A stretch of 24,087 nucleotides of DNA from a virus (lineage: Duplodnaviria; Caudoviricetes). Position numbers and translations under genes: made by a program. Positions 8,889-14,808 of this stretch are shown here, one piece after another (the first letter of the stretch is position 1; each line of letters begins with the position of its first letter). The stretch is taken from IMG/VR virus record IMGVR_UViG_3300037047_000111, positions 1-24,087 of that record; one strand, given 5' to 3'. The notes under the pieces were generated by a model. It did not search any database. It saw only the letters and a list, made by a program, of their open reading frames with translations, and was not told the DNA's origin.

Positions 8889-9683
8889 ATGGCTGATAGA
8901 AATGATGATCCCAACGCAATGATGCAACTGACCGGAAAACACGCCGGAGAGCGTGCCCTGCTGGTTTTGGGCGGTCCCTCCGGCGTGAATTGGCAGAAAC
9001 TTGCCAGCTCGCTGGCGTTTGATTTTGTGATTGGCGTAAATGGTGTGAATGGACAGATCCCACAGCTGGATTATTGGCTGTGCATTGAAAATATGCAGCA
9101 TACATTCTCCCAGGCACAGAAACATAAAAACAAACGATACATTCCGATCATGGAAATGTTTTTGCGCACCGGCGCGAAGGTCAGGCTGGTGAATGATAAG
9201 AGTTATCGCCTGTTAAAAGATCAGAGCAATGTGATCAAAGTGAGGCGGGCGTATGGTCTGGAACTGGAATATCTACCAAAGGAATTCAGTGTGCGTGAAT
9301 ATGGAAGGGGTCTGCTGGTGGGTCCATCGGTGGGGCGTGAAGGTGTGGATGCTGCCGAGCTGACGATTGGCACCGTAGGATTGCAGGGCTTGCATTTGGC
9401 CGGAATCCTTGGGGTTGCTGAGGTGCATACGATCGGGTTTGATTTGATGCTGGCAGAATCGCAGCACTGGTATGAGTATCCAAAGACGTACGAACCGGGA
9501 CGCTATTTCAATGAGAAATCATTTATTGACGTATGCGGCGCGCAGACAACCTGGCAATGGTTTGATACCGCTGAGTATTTACGGCGCTTTATCCCCTTCC
9601 TGGAAGCTGAAGGTGTGCGCTGGGTGGATCATTCGAATGGGTTATTGCAGAAGATGGAGATTATGCCTTGGTCTACTATATAA
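8889..9683 (+). CDS. Putative glycosyltransferase of Maf/DUF115 - GT42 sialyltransferase-like fold
   Basis: ALLVLGGPSG...FVIGVNG...DYWL, then TVGLQGLHLAGILG..EVHTIGFDL..HWY. This resembles the G(N)GPS...N / A..LG...I.L.GxD..HxY pattern of Maf/Cst-type enzymes. Start placed at MADRND. Confidence 0.65.
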   Translation: MADRNDDPNAMMQLTGKHAGERALLVLGGPSGVNWQKLASSLAFDFVIGVNGVNGQIPQLDYWLCIENMQHTFSQAQKHKNKRYIPIMEMFLRTGAKVRLVNDKSYRLLKDQSNVIKVRRAYGLELEYLPKEFSVREYGRGLLVGPSVGREGVDAAELTIGTVGLQGLHLAGILGVAEVHTIGFDLMLAESQHWYEYPKTYEPGRYFNEKSFIDVCGAQTTWQWFDTAEYLRRFIPFLEAEGVRWVDHSNGLLQKMEIMPWSTI

Positions 9684-10615
9684 GCAATCATCAAAATAAA
9701 AGTATGGCATATAGCCAGGCAATGAATGCTGCCGGATGGCGTCAGGCTGTGAATCCAATGGAAGATGGCGTGAAGGTTGCGCTCTTTGATCATGATGTTG
9801 GACCTGCCGGGATGGGTTTTCGTATTCCGCTGGATGAGCTGAATCGCAGGAAGGTACCGGTTTTGATGTACCCTCACGCGGCACGGCCGAACCTGCAGTG
9901 GGATGGCATGTATCCATTATGGAAGCATACCAGAGTCATGTTTGTGATGAGTGAGGGGCAGGCGGAGATTATGAGGTTGTATGGATATCCCCTTCCGATC
10001 GAGCCGATTGGCTGGAGTTTATGCCCGATCCTGGATTGGAAGCCGGTGGAGATCAAGAGAAAGATCAAAGTTCTGTTTGGCCCGATCCACCCGAACGGGA
10101 ACGGGTATCTGCATGAGATTGATAAAAACACCAATATCAGAATCTATTCGATGTTGATGAATACCCCAGGGATCGATCTGACCGTACGACATATCAAGAG
10201 GATTGATTTGAGCGGGATTCGCAAGATGGTGGGTCCAAAGTACAAACTGGGAAGAGCACAAATCAGCGATGTTTGGGAAGATATTAGAGCTGCTGATGTT
10301 GTGATTGGTCATCAGACAATGGCTTATATGGCGGTAGCGATGGGAAAGCCGGTGATCATGTTCGGTGATCAGAATATCCCGCATAGCGGGAATCATGCTG
10401 CCACGATGAAATGGGCGAAGAGTTATGACAAGTACCAGCAGCTGCTGCGCTATCCGATGGAAGCGGAGAATGCCGGGGATGGACCAGCCTTGCGACTCAT
10501 GCTGGAACGGGTGATGAAAAGGAATGTCGGGAAGAGCTGGAAGGAGAGGATGATTGGGGATGCTTTTAACGCGGGAAGGTTTGTGGAGCTGGTGGAGAAG
10601 TATGCTAGCTCGTAG
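9668..10615 (+). CDS. Putative GT-B fold glycosyltransferase (capsule biosynthesis-like)
   Basis: YPHAA motif, VLFGPIHP, and C-terminal IRAADVVIGHQTMAYMAVAMGKPVIMF typical of GT-B donor-binding domains. TTG start with GGAG RBS, overlapping the previous gene. Confidence 0.6.
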   Translation: MVYYISNHQNKSMAYSQAMNAAGWRQAVNPMEDGVKVALFDHDVGPAGMGFRIPLDELNRRKVPVLMYPHAARPNLQWDGMYPLWKHTRVMFVMSEGQAEIMRLYGYPLPIEPIGWSLCPILDWKPVEIKRKIKVLFGPIHPNGNGYLHEIDKNTNIRIYSMLMNTPGIDLTVRHIKRIDLSGIRKMVGPKYKLGRAQISDVWEDIRAADVVIGHQTMAYMAVAMGKPVIMFGDQNIPHSGNHAATMKWAKSYDKYQQLLRYPMEAENAGDGPALRLMLERVMKRNVGKSWKERMIGDAFNAGRFVELVEKYASS

Positions 10616-10672
10616 CTCGTAGGCTAAAGGCTAAAGGCGAACCCCCAAAGGGGGTGATAAGGCGAAAGGAAA
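10606..10672 (+). repeat. Heptamer tandem repeat interrupted by an 18-bp hairpin
   Basis: tagctcg tagctcg taggcta aaggcta aaggcga [acccccaaagggggtgat] aaggcga aaggaaa. Confidence 0.85.
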
Positions 10673-10674
10673 AA

Positions 10675-11256
10675 ATGTCCAGGAAAATGTCCAAAGAAGT
10701 GTCCGAAAAAGTGTCCAAAGAAATATCACCAACTGGTGAAGAATTGGCTGAATATTTAGAAGATGTATTCGTAAAGCTTGATAACGAATTGAATGCAATT
10801 GAGAAATTTGAGAAAAGCAGGGAAGAACTCATTGAGAAAGAAAATGAGTATTACAAAAATCTAGTTGGAGCAGTTGAAGAGGTGGCTATGAGTAAATATT
10901 TGACGAAGGAAGAGTTTCTGAAAAAGAGACCGGTGCGGTTTGAGGATGTGGAGATTCCGGAATGGGATGCGAAGGTGCGCGTGAAGGAATTGATGTCCTC
11001 AGCGCGTGACAAGTGGGAGCAATCCAACCTGCAGGATGCTGGCAAAGGCCAGATGAAACTCAGGCTGCAGAATGCCAGGGCGCGTTTGGTTGCTGCTTCT
11101 GTGATCGATCCTGATTCTGGTGAATTGGTTTTCACGGATGAGGATGTGCTGGCGATCGGCGGGCAGAGTGCTGCGGTAATCGATCGTATTTATGATGTGG
11201 CTGCCCGGTTATCCGGCATCACCGAGAATGATCTGGAAGAGATCACAAAAAACTAA
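10675..11256 (+). CDS. Tail assembly chaperone (gpG-like); probable core start at 10888
   Basis: Core MSKYLTKEEFL...EDVEIPEW..KVRVKEL...ARLVAASVID..GE.VF...D..........RI...A.RLSG ending in KN*. RBS-preceded ATGs at both 10675 and 10888, in frame. Confidence 0.88.
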   Translation: MSRKMSKEVSEKVSKEISPTGEELAEYLEDVFVKLDNELNAIEKFEKSREELIEKENEYYKNLVGAVEEVAMSKYLTKEEFLKKRPVRFEDVEIPEWDAKVRVKELMSSARDKWEQSNLQDAGKGQMKLRLQNARARLVAASVIDPDSGELVFTDEDVLAIGGQSAAVIDRIYDVAARLSGITENDLEEITKN

Positions 11257-11296
11257 AGGAGCGCCAGCGAAGGCGATTTGCTTTCCGGCTGGCGCT
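11247..11296 (+). promoter_or_regulatory. Programmed -1 ribosomal frameshift signal
   Basis: Slippery A AAA AAC (11247-11253) just before TAA. After a 6-nt spacer, stem AGCGCCAGC (11260-11268) pairs with GCTGGCGCT (11288-11296). The -1 frame is open into the next ORF. Confidence 0.9.
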
Positions 11297-11603
11297 GGCT
11301 GTTGGTGAATGGGATGTGGATGGAATGATGGAGAATATGCCGTCAAGATTATTGGATGAGTGGATTGCATTTTTCAGCCTGGAACCCTTTGGGGCTTTTC
11401 AGGATGAATATCGCATGGCCACTGTCACCAGTATGATTGCCAACACTGCGAGGGATGACAAAGAAAAACCGAAACCATACCAACCAACAGATTTTATGCG
11501 TGAAGTATTCACAAATGAAGTTGAAAAATCTCCTGAGGAAGTGATGCAGAAATTGAGCAATATTTTCTCGGGTTTTGGTGCAAAACGATTGCCGGGGACC
11601 TGA
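11253..11603 (+). CDS. Frameshift extension of tail chaperone (gpGT / gpT part)
   Basis: The -1 frame reads LKERQRRRFAFRLALAVGEWDVDGMMENMPSRLLDEWIAFF..EPFG...PTDFM, a typical gpT-like sequence, and ends just before the tape measure gene. Confidence 0.88.
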   Translation, partial: LKERQRRRFAFRLALAVGEWDVDGMMENMPSRLLDEWIAFFSLEPFGAFQDEYRMATVTSMIANTARDDKEKPKPYQPTDFMREVFTNEVEKSPEEVMQKLSNIFSGFGAKRLPGT

Positions 11604-11606
11604 TCT

Positions 11607-13385
11607 ATGGCGACTCTAGCAAAACTGGTAGTGAAACTGGTCACAGATGTGAGTGAATTCACCTCAGGATTGGACTCAGCATCAAAAAAGCTCACCAAGG
11701 TGGGTGATAGCATGATCAATGTTGGCAATAAGATGACTGTTGGTTTGACATTGCCTTTGGTGGCTGCTGGAACTGCTGCAGTAAAGATGGCATCCGATTT
11801 AGAGGAATCAAGAAATAAGGCAAATGTTGTTTTTGGGGATATGGCAAAAGATATTCATAAGTTTGCAAGCACAGCAGCAACTGATTTGGGTATGACACAA
11901 AATGAGGCGTTAGGATTTGCAAGTACATATGGCGCAATTCTAAAAAATATGGGGCTTGGAGAAGCCGAAGTAGCAAAAATGAGTAAGGCTCTTGTTCAAC
12001 TTACATCTGACTATGGCAGTTTTCATAATCTCTCAGCTGAGGAAGCGTTTGAAAAAATCAAAGCTGGATTAGTTGGTTCATCAGAACCATTAAGGGCGCT
12101 TGGAAAAGATTTGAGTGTTTCCGCTGTTCAATCATATGCGATGGCGAATGGAATTGCGGCATCTATTGACGCTATGACAAATGCAGAGCTAGCGCTGGCC
12201 AGGTATGGAACATTGCTGGAACAATCCAAGGATGAAATGGGAGACTTCATCAACACATCTGGTGGATTGGCAAATTCAACAAAAATACTTGGTGCATTGT
12301 CACAAGAATTATTAACAAGTTTTGGCGCTGAGTTGGTTCCAGCGGTAACGGATTTGATCAATATATTGATTCCATTACTACAAAAATTTAATAATATGGA
12401 CCCTGCACTTAAAAAAGCAATTGTTCAGTTGCTGATGGTTGCTGCGGCTTTGGGTCCCATTCTGACTGTGGGTGGAAATGTTGCCAAGGTACTGGGTTGG
12501 ATTACCAAGGCTTTTGGTGCCAAAACTGTTGCTGCCAGTACAGCAGCTGCTGCCACCGGGAAATTAGGGTTTTCGTTTGCCGGGTTGGCTGCCAAAATTG
12601 GACTGACAGGAGGGGCTTTGGCCGGAATGAAAGGAACATTAGTTGCAGTCGGAGGCGCATTAGGTGCAGCAATCGGCCCGGCTCTGGCACTTGGAATAGC
12701 GATTGCAGCCTTGATAATTTTAATCAAAGAGGCAGGTCCTGAGGCGTGGGCAAATTTTAAGGCAATATTAGAACTTGAAAAAATCATACTAAAAAAGTTG
12801 TTTGACAATTTAAGAAAAATGTTGCCGTCCTTCAATAATATTGGTCGACAAATAATGGCGGGAATGATCAACGGCATTCAATCAATGGCTAATTCATTCA
12901 TTTTGTCCGTTGTAAACCCTGTAAAAAACATTATTGAAGTAGTAAAAAGAATTTTAGGAATGCATTCTCCTTCAAAAGTTTTCTTTGATGTGGGAAAAAA
13001 TATGATGAAAGGATTTGAAGAAGGTGTCTTAGGAAATTCAATGGACAAAGTTGTTGCGAGATTACGCTACATTTTGAAGAATTTCAAAGAAGTATTTACA
13101 AATTATCAAGAAGGACTTGAGAAAGGATTTTCTCAAACTGCTCAAAGTTATATCAATTACTACTCCAAAGTTGTAAAACCTTTTGACAATTCTTATCCAC
13201 GTGAACCAATAAAAATTAATGGTGTTGTTCGGGAACAAATTTCCTCGAACTTCAAACCATCCTATGGAATTACAAATGATAATAAATTTGTGTTCTATGG
13301 GGATATTTCTGAAAGCGCAAAGAGAAATCTTAGACTTGAATTTAGTAAAATGTTTGACACAAAATTTAAGGCGGTGATTAATTGA
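11607..13385 (+). CDS. Tape measure protein
   Basis: MATLAKLVVKL..D...F, GLTLPLVAAG..AVKMASD.EES, Ala/Gly-rich TM-like region, LGMHSPSKVF motif. Follows the chaperone. Confidence 0.95.
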   Translation: MATLAKLVVKLVTDVSEFTSGLDSASKKLTKVGDSMINVGNKMTVGLTLPLVAAGTAAVKMASDLEESRNKANVVFGDMAKDIHKFASTAATDLGMTQNEALGFASTYGAILKNMGLGEAEVAKMSKALVQLTSDYGSFHNLSAEEAFEKIKAGLVGSSEPLRALGKDLSVSAVQSYAMANGIAASIDAMTNAELALARYGTLLEQSKDEMGDFINTSGGLANSTKILGALSQELLTSFGAELVPAVTDLINILIPLLQKFNNMDPALKKAIVQLLMVAAALGPILTVGGNVAKVLGWITKAFGAKTVAASTAAAATGKLGFSFAGLAAKIGLTGGALAGMKGTLVAVGGALGAAIGPALALGIAIAALIILIKEAGPEAWANFKAILELEKIILKKLFDNLRKMLPSFNNIGRQIMAGMINGIQSMANSFILSVVNPVKNIIEVVKRILGMHSPSKVFFDVGKNMMKGFEEGVLGNSMDKVVARLRYILKNFKEVFTNYQEGLEKGFSQTAQSYINYYSKVVKPFDNSYPREPIKINGVVREQISSNFKPSYGITNDNKFVFYGDISESAKRNLRLEFSKMFDTKFKAVIN

Positions 13386-13777
13386 CACAGACATTGGATT
13401 ACATGATCGGTGCCACGCTGGAAGGGATGGAGGAGCTGAATAATCTTTACAATGATCTTCCAACTCCCCAGGCAACTTTTCGGGCTGGATCGGAGCGGGT
13501 TACTCTGGCGAGCGGCAAGGTGCGTGATTTTGGCTGGCCACAGGCAAGCTGGAATTTTCCGATGCTGGATCTTACGCAGCGGGATTTTTTGAGGGAGTTT
13601 TGCTCGGGTACCAGTGAGATTGTTTATATCTGTACTCCGACCGATGGAGACGATCTGGAATTCAAGACATTCCGGGCTGTGATGGTTTGGCCGGAGGAGG
13701 AAGATATCCGTGCTGAGTTGGTGTTCAATTTGATGATTAAGTTTCAGTATTTGATTGAGCAGGAAGAGATTAGTTAA
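13382..13777 (+). CDS. Minor/distal tail protein (putative)
   Basis: Coupled to the TMP stop (TTGA). Small beta-rich protein at the Dit/gpM position (RVTLASGK..D.GWP...W.F..L). Confidence 0.6.
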   Translation: MTQTLDYMIGATLEGMEELNNLYNDLPTPQATFRAGSERVTLASGKVRDFGWPQASWNFPMLDLTQRDFLREFCSGTSEIVYICTPTDGDDLEFKTFRAVMVWPEEEDIRAELVFNLMIKFQYLIEQEEIS

Positions 13778-13778
13778 T

Positions 13779-13813
13779 AGGATTCAGGTTTGAGGATTGA
13801 GGATTCAGGAAAA
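13779..13813 (+). repeat. Heptamer tandem repeat AGG(A/T)TT(C/G)
   Basis: aggattc aggtttg aggattg aggattc aggaaaa. Confidence 0.75.
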
Positions 13814-13854
13814 GGTGAAAAGATGAGAAACAGACTATTAAATAAAGGATTATT

Positions 13855-14796
13855 TTGAAGCCAATAGTAGATATCTCGTTTTGGCAACCAGCATCAACCA
13901 TTGACTATGATAAGTTAGCAGAGTCAGTCAGTGGTGTAATTCTGCGTGGTGCTTATGGTATTTGGGTAGACACTCAATTCGAAAAGCACTATGAGGAATT
14001 ATTGAAGAGGAATGTTCCTATCGGCGTCTATCATTATGTCATTGGAAATTACACTGGAAAACAACAGGCAGCTATTTTCTATGAAGCTATAAAAGGAAAG
14101 AAGCTTCGACTTGGATTGTGGAATGATGTTGAAGATAGACGACCTGTAACTGGTTTGACCAGTGACGTGGTGATTCAATATCATAATGAGATCGAGAAGC
14201 TCTACGGAAAGAAAGTTGGAATTTACACTGGTGTATATGCCTGGTTCGAGATTATGGGAAGTAAGAGCACCATGTTTGCAGATCGTGATTTGTGGATTGC
14301 TCATTACGGTGTGATTGTTCCCTCTCTACCAAGATACTCGTCTTGGAAGAAATGGGTAATTTGGCAACATACCGATAATCTAAAAGTTGATTGGTATTAT
14401 TCCGGCGTTGATGGGAACAAATTCAATGGGACAGACCAAGAATACAACGAGCATTTCAAGATTGTAGATGATCTTCCACCAACAATTCCGATAGGAAAAT
14501 TCTGGTGTGAGTATTGCGGACAATATACGGAAAATGATTCTCGTGGTCATTGTGGAAAATGTGGTGCTCCACGAGAAGGATGGGTTCCACAACCAACTCC
14601 TGCAATCCTAAAGACACTACGAGTAGTAACAATCAGAAAAGAACCGAATACAAGTGCAACAAGTTTGGGCATGCGATCAGCAGGATCAGAGGTAGAAATT
14701 CTTGATATTTACGTTAGTTCAGCATCCAGCGTTTGGGTGAAGGATGCTTTTGGATGGTCAGCTATTGTTCATGCTGGTATCAAATATATGGAGTAG
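13855..14796 (+). CDS. GH25 muramidase (endolysin) with zinc ribbon and SH3b-like cell-wall-binding domain
   Basis: VDISFWQ, D..F, GVYHY, QA..F, DVE, GIYT, LWIAHY, W.IWQ.T, VD.N.F are GH25 motifs. CEYC-x11-CGKC follows, then IRKEPNTSA...G..V.I......W...GW. Confidence 0.92.
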   Translation: MKPIVDISFWQPASTIDYDKLAESVSGVILRGAYGIWVDTQFEKHYEELLKRNVPIGVYHYVIGNYTGKQQAAIFYEAIKGKKLRLGLWNDVEDRRPVTGLTSDVVIQYHNEIEKLYGKKVGIYTGVYAWFEIMGSKSTMFADRDLWIAHYGVIVPSLPRYSSWKKWVIWQHTDNLKVDWYYSGVDGNKFNGTDQEYNEHFKIVDDLPPTIPIGKFWCEYCGQYTENDSRGHCGKCGAPREGWVPQPTPAILKTLRVVTIRKEPNTSATSLGMRSAGSEVEILDIYVSSASSVWVKDAFGWSAIVHAGIKYME

Positions 14797-14808
14797 AAGG
14801 TTGGATAA

